A stretch of DNA of 64,000 nt from Deltaproteobacteria bacterium (GCA_012728915.1 JAAYEC010000040.1:42617-106616); one strand, 5' to 3'. Counted from the first letter of the stretch, positions 18,981 to 28,833 are shown. Notes: generated by a model from the sequence alone, not told the origin. Numbers and translations: made by a program.

Positions 18981-19143
18981 GATGGCTTGATACACCCTCC
19001 GGCAAGAGGTGTCAAGGCTTTTTTTGACGCGCAAATTTTCGTAAATACTTGATATTGTTAATTATAAATTGCAGCGCAGTTCTGTCCACTCATTATAAAA
19101 AAGCGCTTGCTTTCGGCGCAACGCCATGCTAGCAAGGACCCTT

Positions 19144-19164
19144 AATCTGAAATTATAGATTTCA
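19144..19164. promoter_or_regulatory. Candidate operator, copy 2 (AATCTGAAATT core inside the palindrome TGAAAT-TATAG-ATTTCA)
   Basis: 6-bp perfect inverted arms located about 95 nt upstream of the GntR start. The 11-mer is identical to 18960..18970. Confidence 0.3.
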
Positions 19165-19255
19165 TGGCATGCCTCGTCTCAAGGAGCGGGACGGGACGGC
19201 ACTCCCGGAGAACGAGACTCGCGGGCTTTGCATGGGAGAGCGGGAGAGAGAGCGG

Positions 19256-19975
19256 ATGGCCGCAGAACAGCAGTCCACGCTGATCGATGTGACCAACATC
19301 AACGAAAAGGTCTACAGTTACATCAAGAACAACATCATCAACTATAACTACCCCCCTGGTTACAACCTGAACCTCGGCCAGCTGAGCGAGATGCTGGGCG
19401 TGAGCCCGACGCCCATCAAAGACGCCCTGTTCCGTCTGGCGGGCGAGGGTCTCGTCGAGGTCGTTCCCCGCAAGGGCATCTATGTAAAGGATGTGACCCT
19501 CGAGGACATCCATGAGATTCTGCAGACCCGTGTCATCCTGGAAACTGCCGCCGTGGAGGCCATCACCGCATCCCTGACGGACGGGCACCTCGCGCGGTTC
19601 GAAGAACTCTTCCGACAGATGATCGCCTTCGGCGCCGAGGTGAACGACGCGAACGCCTACAAGGCCTACATGGAGCGCGACAGCCAGTTTCACCTGCTGT
19701 TCTTCGAGATCCTGGGCAACCGGCGCCTGTTGGATATCTATCGCAACCTCAACGCACACATCCAGATCGTCCGTTTCCGCCTCCTCGACTGGAGGGGGAA
19801 GAACGTCACGACCGACCAGGAGCATGCGGAGATCCTCGACGCCCTTCGGGAGCGAAATCCCTCCCGGGCGAAAGAGGCCGTGCGGCGGCACCTTCTGAGC
19901 CTCGATGCCTCGCTCACCGTTCTCCGGTCCCAACGCCCGGACGAACAGGCGGGATCCGGGTCCGGGGGGACCTGA
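19256..19975 (+). CDS. GntR-family transcriptional regulator (FadR/FCD subfamily)
   Basis: Winged HTH (LGQLSEMLGVSPTPIKDALFRLAGEGLVEVVPRKGIYV) followed by an FCD-like helical domain. ATG at 19256 is preceded by GGGAGAGAG; the listed start at 19169 is probably an extension. Confidence 0.85.
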   Translation: MAAEQQSTLIDVTNINEKVYSYIKNNIINYNYPPGYNLNLGQLSEMLGVSPTPIKDALFRLAGEGLVEVVPRKGIYVKDVTLEDIHEILQTRVILETAAVEAITASLTDGHLARFEELFRQMIAFGAEVNDANAYKAYMERDSQFHLLFFEILGNRRLLDIYRNLNAHIQIVRFRLLDWRGKNVTTDQEHAEILDALRERNPSRAKEAVRRHLLSLDASLTVLRSQRPDEQAGSGSGGT

Positions 19976-20118
19976 GACAAGGGACGCAAGACAGGGACGG
20001 GCCCAGGAGGGTGTCCGGGCGCGTCCCGCCGCTGCAGGCAAAATCCAAGCGGAATATCCCGGACGACGGCCCCGCGGAACCAGCGCAAAGCCGGCGCCCG
20101 TCTGTGGAAGGAGAGTCC

Positions 20119-22029
20119 ATGTCCGACAAGCCGGCAGAGATCCTGTCCGAGGAAAAGGCAACGACATTCGACGCAGGCAACCGCATTGTGCGCGGCCTGA
20201 TCGCCGCGGGCGGGGCCGGCATCACCCTCTTCATCGTCTCGACCATGCTCTTCTACCCGCTTCCCGCGATGATGCAGCGGGCGGGCGTGCTGATGCTGTG
20301 CCTCTTCATCATCTTCATGCAGTACCCCCTGTTTTCGAAGAGGAAGGCCCTGGCCTGGATCGACTGGCTGTGGGCGGCCCTCTCCATCGTCGTCTGCGCC
20401 TATGTCCTCTGGGACTTCGAGGATCTCGTCAACCGCATGGGCGACATGAACGACATCGACAAGGTCTTCGGGGCCCTGTGCGTCGTCATGGTGCTCGACG
20501 CCACCCGCCGCGCCATCGGGTGGCCCCTGCCCATCGTCACCGGGATGTTTCTGCTCTACGCCTACTTCGGGAACCAGATCTCGGGCAACTTCAGCCACCG
20601 GGGCTATGACATCCACCGGATCCTCAACCAGATGTACATGACCACCGAGGGGGTCTTCGGCATCCCCCTGGGCGTCGTGGTGACCATCGTCTTCCTCTTC
20701 ATCCTTTTCGGCACCTTCCTGGAGAGAAGCGGCGGCGGGCAGTTCTTCATCAATCTTGCCGTGTCGCTCGCGGGGAGGCTCCGCGGCGGCCCGGCGAAGA
20801 TCGCCGTCATCGCCAGCGGCCTCATGGGGATGATCTCCGGCAGCAGCATCGCCAACGTGGCCACCGTGGGGACCTTCACGATCCCGCTGATGAAGCGCGT
20901 GGGCTACCGCGCCGAATTCGCCGGCGGCGTCGAGTCGGCGGCGGCAACGGGCGGGCAGATCATGCCCCCCATCCTGGGCGCGGCGGCCTTCATCATGTCC
21001 GAATTCACCCACACGCCCTATCTGACCATCGTGGTTCTGTCGATCGTCCCGGCCATTCTGTATTACCTGAGCCTGTTCATGAACGTCCACTTCGAGGCCT
21101 GCCGGACAGGCATGGAAGGGATGCCCGAGGAGGAGATCCCCAAAACGTCGAAAGTGCTCTCCGACGGATGGATCTTCATATTCCCCGTGATCACCCTGAT
21201 CGTCGTGCTGACCATGGGGTTCAGCCCGGCACGCGCCGCCTTCTCGGCCATGGGTATGCTCATCGTCCTGAGCCTGATCAAGGCCTCGACCCGGATCGGG
21301 CCGACGGTCTTCTGGGAGTCGCTGGTCGCGGCCGGGCGAAACACCGTCGGGATCGCCGCGGCCTGCGCCTGCGCCGGCATCATCGTGGGCACCGTGAGCA
21401 TGACGGGACTCGGGATCAAGTTCGCCAACCTCATCGAGCAGATCTCCCAGGGGCACCTGATCCTGGCGCTGATGTTCACGGCCGTGGCTTCCCTGGTTCT
21501 CGGCATGGCCCTGCCGACGACGGCCAACTACATCGTCCAGGCCTCCGTGGCGGCGCCGGCCCTCGTCGCCCTGGGCCTGCCGGTGCTCACGGCGCACATG
21601 TTCGTCTTTTACTTCGGTGTTTTCGCCGACATCACCCCCCCCGTGGCCCTGGCGGCTTACACGGCGGCGGGCATCGCGAAGGGGGACCCCATGAAAACGG
21701 GCGTCATCGCCACGCGCAACGTCATCGTGGGCTTCATCGTGCCCTTTCTCTTTGTCTACCATCCGGGGCTCATCCTGCGGGGCCCGGTGGAGGACATGGC
21801 CATGATGATCCCGTCGACGGCACTGGCCGTGGTCGCCCTGTCGGCCTTCGTCGGGAACTACCTGCACCGCCTCTGCGCGGTCTGGGAGCGCTTCGGCCTG
21901 CTTGCGGCGGGGGTTCTTCTCATCACGCCCGGCTGGATGACAGACGCCATCGGGCTCGCTCTCCTTGTCGGCATTTACCTGTGGCAGCGAAAGACGGCGA
22001 AGGGCGCGGCATACGGGCCCGCCGCGTGA
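20119..22029 (+). CDS. TRAP transporter fused permease (4TM/12TM, TAXI-type)
   Basis: About 636 aa and highly hydrophobic. ATG at 20119 follows GGAAGGAGAG. It is followed by a TAXI solute receptor gene. Confidence 0.9.
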   Translation: MSDKPAEILSEEKATTFDAGNRIVRGLIAAGGAGITLFIVSTMLFYPLPAMMQRAGVLMLCLFIIFMQYPLFSKRKALAWIDWLWAALSIVVCAYVLWDFEDLVNRMGDMNDIDKVFGALCVVMVLDATRRAIGWPLPIVTGMFLLYAYFGNQISGNFSHRGYDIHRILNQMYMTTEGVFGIPLGVVVTIVFLFILFGTFLERSGGGQFFINLAVSLAGRLRGGPAKIAVIASGLMGMISGSSIANVATVGTFTIPLMKRVGYRAEFAGGVESAAATGGQIMPPILGAAAFIMSEFTHTPYLTIVVLSIVPAILYYLSLFMNVHFEACRTGMEGMPEEEIPKTSKVLSDGWIFIFPVITLIVVLTMGFSPARAAFSAMGMLIVLSLIKASTRIGPTVFWESLVAAGRNTVGIAAACACAGIIVGTVSMTGLGIKFANLIEQISQGHLILALMFTAVASLVLGMALPTTANYIVQASVAAPALVALGLPVLTAHMFVFYFGVFADITPPVALAAYTAAGIAKGDPMKTGVIATRNVIVGFIVPFLFVYHPGLILRGPVEDMAMMIPSTALAVVALSAFVGNYLHRLCAVWERFGLLAAGVLLITPGWMTDAIGLALLVGIYLWQRKTAKGAAYGPAA

Positions 22030-22112
22030 CAAAAAGGGGAGAATAGGATACAAGGGGACGAAGGAAACGCCCGGGCAAGCCGGGCGGACGAAAATTTCAA
22101 AAAGGAGGTTTC

Positions 22113-23087
22113 ATGGACATGCGTTTGAACAAGATGACCCTGTTTTGCCTGACGGCGCTTCTCGCCATCGCGCTGGGCCTGCCGGCCGCCGGCCACGCGC
22201 AGACGAAAAACATTTCCTTCGGGACGGGCGCCATGAGCGGCACCTACTATCCGCTCGGCGTGGCCATCGCCAAGGTCTGGACCAACGCGGGCATCGGCCT
22301 CAACGTGTCGGCCGAGGCGACGGGCGGCTCCGTGGAGAACGCCCGCCACATCAAGAACAAGACGATGGAGATCGGCTTCGTCGAGTCCCTGGTGGCCGAC
22401 TGGGCCTACAAGGGCGAGGAATACTTCAAGAGCGGCCCGGTGCAGAACATCCGCGGCTTCATCGCGCTGTACCCCAACACGATCCAGACGGTCGTGAAAG
22501 CCAATTCGGGGATCAAGACCTACAAGGACCTCAAGGGCAAGAAGGTGGCCTGCGGAATCCAGGGAAGCTCGAGCGTGCTGAACATGAAGATCGTCCTCGA
22601 GAGCTACGGGGTCCCCTTCAGCGACATCAAGGCCCAGTACCTGGCCTACGGCCCCGCCATGGAGCTGCTGAAGGACGGCCAGGTCGACGCCGTCATGGTG
22701 GACGCCGGCGCGCCCAACTCCAGCATTATCGACATCGGCACGCAGCACAAGATCAACATCCTGTCGATCGACCGCGCCAACATCGCCGAGATCGTCAAGA
22801 AGTACCCCTTCTTCTCGGCCGCCACGGTCATCCCCAAGGGGACCTACAAGGGCATCGACTATGACGTCGTGACGACGGGGTCGCTCGCCACCCTGTGCGT
22901 CCAGGCGGAGCTGCCCGACGATCTGGTCTACAAGATGATCAAGACCCTCTTCGACAAGAAGGCCGACGTGGTGAAGGTGCACGAGAAGGGCAAGAGCATC
23001 GACCTCAAGACGGCCGTCAACGGCTTCTCGATCCCGCTGCACCCCGGCGTGATCAAGTACTACAAGGAGAAGGGCGTTCTCAAGTAG
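22113..23087 (+). CDS. TAXI-family TRAP transporter solute-binding protein
   Basis: Signal peptide, then ...ISFGTGAMSGTYYPLGVAIAKVW...ATGGSVENARHI..., typical of the TAXI family. SD AAAGGAGG. Confidence 0.9.
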   Translation: MDMRLNKMTLFCLTALLAIALGLPAAGHAQTKNISFGTGAMSGTYYPLGVAIAKVWTNAGIGLNVSAEATGGSVENARHIKNKTMEIGFVESLVADWAYKGEEYFKSGPVQNIRGFIALYPNTIQTVVKANSGIKTYKDLKGKKVACGIQGSSSVLNMKIVLESYGVPFSDIKAQYLAYGPAMELLKDGQVDAVMVDAGAPNSSIIDIGTQHKINILSIDRANIAEIVKKYPFFSAATVIPKGTYKGIDYDVVTTGSLATLCVQAELPDDLVYKMIKTLFDKKADVVKVHEKGKSIDLKTAVNGFSIPLHPGVIKYYKEKGVLK

Positions 23088-23130
23088 ACCGTTGAAGGAT
23101 CGCCCGTACACGAAATGTGATGACCGGCAG

Positions 23131-23170
23131 CGCGGGAGCGGACCACCCCGGACCGCTCCCGCGGCTGTTT
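23131..23170 (+). terminator. Possible intrinsic terminator after the TAXI gene
   Basis: Perfect 11-bp stem CGCGGGAGCGG/CCGCTCCCGCG with an 11-nt loop, followed by GCTGTTT. The U tract is weak. Confidence 0.4.
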
Positions 23171-23300
23171 AACCCGGATCCGGGCGGATGGATCCTTAAC
23201 TGAACCCCCTCGATCTCCTTTCCCAAAGGAGGAGATCTTGACTCCCTCCTTTCGAACAGGGGGGTTGGGGAGGATTTGATTTTTCTTTTCAGGAGACCCC

Positions 23301-24545
23301 ATGGATTTCAAGCGACTCATGGCCGAACGCACGAAGGGGCTTTCCCCCTCGCCGATCCGCAAGCTCGTCCCCCTGATGCGCCTGCCCGGGATGGTATCCC
23401 TCGGGGGAGGCTATCCGAACGCAAGAACCTTCGCCTTCGAGGCCATGGAGGTCGTCTTCAAGAGCGGCAGGCGTCTTACCATCCGGGACAACGCCATGGA
23501 CCTGGCCTGCCAGTACGGGCCCACGGACGCCCATGCCGAGCTCAAGCCTCACCTCGTCGCCTGGCACAGGGCGAAGGACGGGGTCGAGTTGAAGCCCGAG
23601 CAGATCCAGGTCCTCACAGGGGCCCAAGAGGGGCTCCACATCATGGCCTATCTCTTCCTGGACCGGTCGGACGCCGTCGTTCTCTCCGAGCCGGCCTACC
23701 CGGGCGCCCTGGGCGCCTTCCGGGCCTTCACGGAGAACTTCATCCCCGTTCCCATCGACGCGGAGGGGATGAAGACGATCGATCTCGAGAAGATCCTCGA
23801 CGCCCGACGGAAGGCCGGGCAGGCCATGCCGAAGTTCATCTACGAGGTCCCCAATGGCCACAACCCGGCCGGCGTGGCCCTGTCGGCGGAACGCAGGCGG
23901 CACCTGCTCGAGATCGCCTCGCGCTTCGACCTACCCGTTCTCGAGGACGACCCGTACCAGCTCGTGCAGCTCGGGGACCGCGATCCCCTCCCGACGCTCC
24001 AGTCCCTGGACCGCGAGGGCCGCGTCGTGCGCCTCGACAGTTTCTCCAAGGTCTTCGCGCCGGGGCTTCGACTCGGCTACGCCTCGGGACCGTCGGAGAT
24101 CATCGGGTTCTTCCAGCTCTACAAGCAGGGCACGAACCTGCACACGAGCGCCATGGACCAGTCGCTGCTGACGGGGTTTATGGCCAACCACTCCCACGAG
24201 GAGTTCCGGGCCCTCATCCGGGAGAACTGCCGCTTCTACCGGGCCAACCGCGACGCCATGGTCGAGGCCGCCCGGAAACACCTCCCCGCCGGGGTCCGCT
24301 ACAACATCCCCAACGAGGGCATGTTCATCTGGTTCGAGCTGCCCGAAGGGTACGACACGGACCGTATGGTGGAAAAAGACGGCGTGGCTCTCGGCGTCCT
24401 GCTCGTGCCGGGAATCGGCTTCTCCACGACGGGGGGCCTGAAGAACTGCATGCGGGCGAGTTTCAGCATGGCCACACCGGCCCAGATCGAGGAGGGCATG
24501 AAGCGGTTTGCGAAGATGATCGAAAACGAGAAGGCAAGACAGTAA
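23301..24545 (+). CDS. PLP-dependent aminotransferase, class I/II (aromatic/2-aminoadipate aminotransferase-like)
   Basis: SPSPIRKL…GGGYPN…VPNGHNPAG…LEDDPY…SFSKVFAPGLRLGY (PLP lysine). Confidence 0.9.
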   Translation: MDFKRLMAERTKGLSPSPIRKLVPLMRLPGMVSLGGGYPNARTFAFEAMEVVFKSGRRLTIRDNAMDLACQYGPTDAHAELKPHLVAWHRAKDGVELKPEQIQVLTGAQEGLHIMAYLFLDRSDAVVLSEPAYPGALGAFRAFTENFIPVPIDAEGMKTIDLEKILDARRKAGQAMPKFIYEVPNGHNPAGVALSAERRRHLLEIASRFDLPVLEDDPYQLVQLGDRDPLPTLQSLDREGRVVRLDSFSKVFAPGLRLGYASGPSEIIGFFQLYKQGTNLHTSAMDQSLLTGFMANHSHEEFRALIRENCRFYRANRDAMVEAARKHLPAGVRYNIPNEGMFIWFELPEGYDTDRMVEKDGVALGVLLVPGIGFSTTGGLKNCMRASFSMATPAQIEEGMKRFAKMIENEKARQ

Positions 24546-24557
24546 GGGGCGGCGGCG

Positions 24558-25397
24558 ATGTTCGCGTATTTCAACGGCAGCGTCCAGCGCAGGGAGGAAA
24601 TCAGCATCTCGCCCGATGACCGGGGCTTCCTGTTTGCCGACGGGGTGTACGAGGTCGTCCGCGCCTACGGCGGAAAACCCTTCAAGATGGCCGAGCACAT
24701 GGACCGGCTGGCCAGAAACCTGAAGGAGACGCGCATCGATTTCCCTGGCGTGGCCGATCTCGCCATTGCCGGTGCGCAGCTCATCGCCCGCAACGGGCTC
24801 GAGACGACGGACAGCATTCTCTACTTCCAGGTGACCCGAGGCGTGGCGCCCCGCAAGCACACCTTCCCCGATCCGCCGGTCGCCGCAACGACGATGATCC
24901 TCATCTCCCAGGCCCCGTCGACCGCGGAGATGCGCGAAAGGGGCGTGGGGGCCATCCTCGTCCCCGAGTTCCGCTGGTCGCGCTGCGACATCAAGACCAT
25001 CGGCCTCATGGGCAGCGTCCTGGCCGTTCAGCAGGCGAAAGAAAAGGGGGCCGAGGAGGCCATCTTCATGCGGGACGGCGTCGTTACCGAAGGGACGCAC
25101 ACGAACGTGTTTGCCGTCTTCAACGGGCACCTTCAGACGCACCCGCTGGGCCCCTTCGTCCTCCCCGGGGTTACCCGCGCCGTGGTGATGGAGCTGTGCC
25201 GCAAACTCGGCATCGTGTGCAAGGAGCAGGCATTCCGGGGCGAGGAACTGAAGCGGGCCAGCGAGATCATCATCACGGGCACGAACAAGGAGATCACACC
25301 GGTCATCCGGCTCGACGGCCGGCCCGTGGGCACGGGCGTGCCCGGCGTCGTGACACGCCGACTCCAGGGGGCGTACTCGGAGCTGGTCCGGGGATAA
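24558..25397 (+). CDS. Class IV aminotransferase (D-amino-acid / branched-chain type)
   Basis: …RGFLFADGVYEVVRAYGGKPFKMAEHMDRL…CDIKTIGLM…TNVF…PGVTR…, a D-alanine aminotransferase-like pattern. Confidence 0.85.
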   Translation: MFAYFNGSVQRREEISISPDDRGFLFADGVYEVVRAYGGKPFKMAEHMDRLARNLKETRIDFPGVADLAIAGAQLIARNGLETTDSILYFQVTRGVAPRKHTFPDPPVAATTMILISQAPSTAEMRERGVGAILVPEFRWSRCDIKTIGLMGSVLAVQQAKEKGAEEAIFMRDGVVTEGTHTNVFAVFNGHLQTHPLGPFVLPGVTRAVVMELCRKLGIVCKEQAFRGEELKRASEIIITGTNKEITPVIRLDGRPVGTGVPGVVTRRLQGAYSELVRG

Positions 25398-25427
25398 GAG
25401 AGCCGCAGGCACCCCACGGCCCCTTCC

Positions 25428-26044
25428 TCAATAGAGAAGATTCCCCTCCCCGTCGAAGGGCATGGCTGAGGGGTCCCCTTCGACCTCGATCTGCGGGTGG
25501 TCCTTGAGCTCCGCCAGGAGCGGCTCCGGGACCCGGATACGCTCGAGGGCAAGGGTGTTGCGGATCGAGACGATGCGGCTCTGCGGGTGACGAACGCGGG
25601 CGCAGATCTTGAGAGCCAGCAGGATCGCCTCCCGGTCCAGCCAGACCGGCGTGCCGTCCTCGAGGGAGCCTGCCCGGACGGTCTCCATGGAGGAAACGAC
25701 AGGCACGCCCATGGTCTCTTCCGTGACCCCGAAGCGGGCCAGGAGTTCTCTCTGTCCCTCCCGCCGTGGCTTTCCATGGAGGGAACGATGAAGGGGCTTG
25801 CGCCCAGGCGCCTCAGCCCGTCGATGACGGTCCGGGTGATCCAATCGATGGCATGGATCCCGCGGCTCCCAACGGCCACGGCGATCCGGCTGCCCGCGCG
25901 GATACGCGACGTCCTTCCGTCCCGGCGGAAGAGCCCGGAGATTTCCCCCGGGATGTCGGCAATCCGTTCGCCGGGGAACTTCTGGCGCACGGAAACCATG
26001 CGCGGAAGCGGCAGATCGAGCCCGCCTTCAATGATCAGGGCCAT
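25428..26044 (-). pseudogene. Frameshifted and shortened remnant of a conserved domain protein (LarA/Lar_N-like; the family assignment is tentative)
   Basis: Frame 1 is protein-like from 26044 to about 25765 (MALIIEGGLDLPLPRMVSVRQKFPGE…IAVAVGSRGIHAID…ASPFIVPSMESHGG) and then becomes Arg/Ser/Pro junk. A second frame is protein-like from about 25760 to stop 25428 (EGQRELLARFGVTEETMGVPVVSSMETV…IVSIRNTLALERIRVPEPLLAEL…FDGEGNLLY). Confidence 0.45.
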
Positions 26045-26254
26045 GGGCGCATTCCTGGGACCGTTTGGTTGAAACTACCACACAACCGTCCGATTGTAGA
26101 ACGCACCCGCGAAAACCCCTCTTTTCAATAATCGTCCTCTCCCTTAGCGGGAGAGCCTTTCGACAGGCTCAGGACCGCGAACCCATCGAACGGAAATGAG
26201 ATGAGGGGGAACAATCCCCATTTCCGGCTCAGCCGTTACTCCTGAAGCCCGTCT

Positions 26255-26755
26255 TCACCGCTTCGTTCCCACGGTCTGCTCGAACCAGCGGAAGGTCTCC
26301 TCATCGGCCACGCCCAGCTTCCGGGCCGCATCGGGGGCGAAGGTGGCCCAGAGCCCGGTGGCCCGCGTGCAGAGCTCCCCCGCGTCGTTTACGATGATAC
26401 CCTCGGCCGTGGCCTCGCGCTCGCTGCGGACCTCGAGGACCCGCCCCTCCACCTTGATCTCCCGGCCGTGAGGCACGGGCTTGAGGTACTCGATGGTCAT
26501 CGTCTTGGTGAGGATAAATCGCCGGAGCAGATAGATCATGGCGCGGCCCATGACCTCGTCGAGCGCGGTGAAAAGGATTCCGCCGTGAACCAGGTTGCTC
26601 CAGCCGCACAGGTGCGGGGGCACGGTGAGCCACGAGACGACCGTTTCACCGTCGGTGTAGAACTGCATCCGCAGGCCCTGAGTGTTTGCGGGTCCGCATC
26701 CGAAGCAGCAATGATCCTCGCGATTGGGCAGGAGGGTGTAGCCGCTTTTGTCCAT
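26255..26755 (-). CDS. PaaI-family hotdog thioesterase with an N-terminal CxxC element
   Basis: HCCFGCGPANTQGLRMQF…NLVHGGILFTALDEVMG…. Confidence 0.8.
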   Translation of the reverse strand: MDKSGYTLLPNREDHCCFGCGPANTQGLRMQFYTDGETVVSWLTVPPHLCGWSNLVHGGILFTALDEVMGRAMIYLLRRFILTKTMTIEYLKPVPHGREIKVEGRVLEVRSEREATAEGIIVNDAGELCTRATGLWATFAPDAARKLGVADEETFRWFEQTVGTKR

Positions 26756-26779
26756 GGGTTGATTTCCTTTCCAAGCAGA

Positions 26780-28267
26780 TTACATCTCGCCGGCGAGCTT
26801 CGGCGTCGTCGGGGGCGGGCGGCGGTTCTTCGTGCCCTGCTCGTAGGCGTAGCCGATCTCGACGAGCAGTCCCTCCGCCCAGGGCCGCCCGAGGAACTCG
26901 ATCCCCACGGGCACGCCGATCTTCGCCGTCTCGGTGGGCTTCGTGAACCCGCCGGGCACCACGATGGAGGGGAAGCCCGTCACGGATCCCAGGCTCCCGT
27001 TGCGCTCCACCTGGGTGCCGCCCACGGGGACGACGGGCCGCTTCTGGTGCGGGAAGATGAGGGCGTCGAGCTTCTGCTCGGCCATGATCGCCATGACGCG
27101 GTCCTGCAGCTTCGTGCGCTTCGCAAGCCGCTCATAGTAGCCGCCGTCGCGCTTCAGGGCCATGGCCTCCTTGATGTTCTTCTCGATGCCGGGGTGATAC
27201 TTGCCCGAGGCGATGATCTGCTCGAGGGATTTCACGGGGGTCTTGGTCTTCGGGTCGCCCAGGTACGAGTCCAGGTCCGGCCTCAGGTCGTAGAGGTGGA
27301 CGCTGATCTCGCCCGCGATCTCCCCGGAGTCGACGTCCGGCGTGTCGAGCTCGACCATCGTGGCGCCCATCTTCCTGCAGTCCTCGATGGCTTTGTTCGT
27401 CACGGCGTTGACTTCCTCGTGGATGGGCTGGGTGCCGAAGAAGCTCCGGAGGACGCCGATGCGCTTGCCCTTGAGGCCGTCCTTCTTGAGGTACTTGGTG
27501 TAGTCCTTCTGGATATACCCCACGCTCCAGGCCGTCGCGAGGTCGCCCGGGTCGAATCCGGTCAGCACGTTGAGCATCTTCGTTGCGTCGGTGACGGTCC
27601 GGGCCATGGGGCCTGCAGCGTCCTGCGTGAAGGAGTAGGGGATAACGCCGTAGCGGCTGACCATACCGATCGTCGGGCGGATGCCCACGATGCTGTTGGC
27701 CGACGAGGGGGAGCGGATGGAGTTCACCGTGTCGGTGCCGATGCCGAGGATGCCGAAGTTGGCCGCCAGGGCGGCGCCCGTGCCGCCGCTCGAGCCGCCG
27801 GGGGTCCGGGTGAGGTCATAGGGGTTCAGGGTCTGCCCCAGGATGGAACTCACCGACTCGCCCCACACGGCAAATTCGTGCAGGTTCACCTTGGCGATGA
27901 TGATGGCGCCCGCATCTTTGAGCTGCTTCGTGATGGTGGCATCGTAGGGCGGGATGTATCCCTTGAGGCTCAGCGACCCGGCCGTCGTCGGCATGTCCTC
28001 CGTGTCCACGTTGTCCTTGAGCAGGACGGGGATGCCGTGGAGCGGGTCCACGGGGCCGGACTTCTCGAGCTTCGCGTCCAGCGCGGCGGCCTCTTCCAGG
28101 GCCCTGGGATTGACATAGATGACGGCGTTGAGCTTCGGTCCCTTCTGGTCATAGGCCTCGATGCGTTTCAGGTACATCTCGACGAGCTTTTTCGCCGTCA
28201 GCTCGCCCGACTTGAAGGCCTTGTGGACATCGGCAATCGTGGCTTCTGCGAGTGTGAACGTAGCCAT
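26780..28267 (-). CDS. Amidase (amidase-signature family)
   Basis: LLKDN (catalytic Lys), and GGSSGGTGAALAANFGILGIGTDTVNSIRSPSS (Ser-cisSer signature). Confidence 0.9.
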   Translation of the reverse strand: MATFTLAEATIADVHKAFKSGELTAKKLVEMYLKRIEAYDQKGPKLNAVIYVNPRALEEAAALDAKLEKSGPVDPLHGIPVLLKDNVDTEDMPTTAGSLSLKGYIPPYDATITKQLKDAGAIIIAKVNLHEFAVWGESVSSILGQTLNPYDLTRTPGGSSGGTGAALAANFGILGIGTDTVNSIRSPSSANSIVGIRPTIGMVSRYGVIPYSFTQDAAGPMARTVTDATKMLNVLTGFDPGDLATAWSVGYIQKDYTKYLKKDGLKGKRIGVLRSFFGTQPIHEEVNAVTNKAIEDCRKMGATMVELDTPDVDSGEIAGEISVHLYDLRPDLDSYLGDPKTKTPVKSLEQIIASGKYHPGIEKNIKEAMALKRDGGYYERLAKRTKLQDRVMAIMAEQKLDALIFPHQKRPVVPVGGTQVERNGSLGSVTGFPSIVVPGGFTKPTETAKIGVPVGIEFLGRPWAEGLLVEIGYAYEQGTKNRRPPPTTPKLAGEM

Positions 28268-28270
28268 GGC

Positions 28271-28732
28271 TTACGCCTTCTTCGGCAGGATCATCTGGGT
28301 GCATCGGAACAGGGCGATGTCCCGTCCGGTCTTTTCGTCCCACACGCGGGCGTCCCAGACCATGGTGCGCCTTCCGATGTGGGCGGGCGTTCCCTCGCAG
28401 CAGATGAAGCCTTCGCGGGTGGTGCCGAGGAAGTTGGTCTTCAGCTCGATCGTCGTGAATCCCCCGGCGCCTTCGGGCAGGTTGACGATCGTCGCCATGC
28501 CACAGACCGTGTCGGCCAGCGTGATGACGGAGGCCGCGTGGAGGTAATCGTTCGGGGCCAGGTGGTGTTTCTCGACCGGCATGCGGGCCGCGACGCGGTC
28601 CTTCGTCACCGAGGTGAGCGTGAACCCGAGAAGCGCGGGCAGGTACCCCTCGCTCTTGCGGGTCATGAACGCGGCGAGTTCCTCCGGCGGCAGGTCCTTC
28701 CAGTTTTTCGGTTTCTCCGTGTAATCGGCCAT
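28271..28732 (-). CDS. PaaI-family hotdog thioesterase
   Basis: ATG at 28732 (MADYTEKPKNW…). An alternative ATG exists at 28753. The upstream part of the listed 233-aa ORF is low-complexity. …HAASVITLADTVCGMA…TIELKTNFL…. Confidence 0.8.
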   Translation of the reverse strand: MADYTEKPKNWKDLPPEELAAFMTRKSEGYLPALLGFTLTSVTKDRVAARMPVEKHHLAPNDYLHAASVITLADTVCGMATIVNLPEGAGGFTTIELKTNFLGTTREGFICCEGTPAHIGRRTMVWDARVWDEKTGRDIALFRCTQMILPKKA

Positions 28733-28833
28733 GTTCGATGCGCTCCGATCCATGCAGGCCCGGTTGAATCCGAAGGCAAGTTCCGGGGGGGGGTGCATAA
28801 GGGGCCGGCCGCGAGGGCCGGCCCCCGCGCCGA

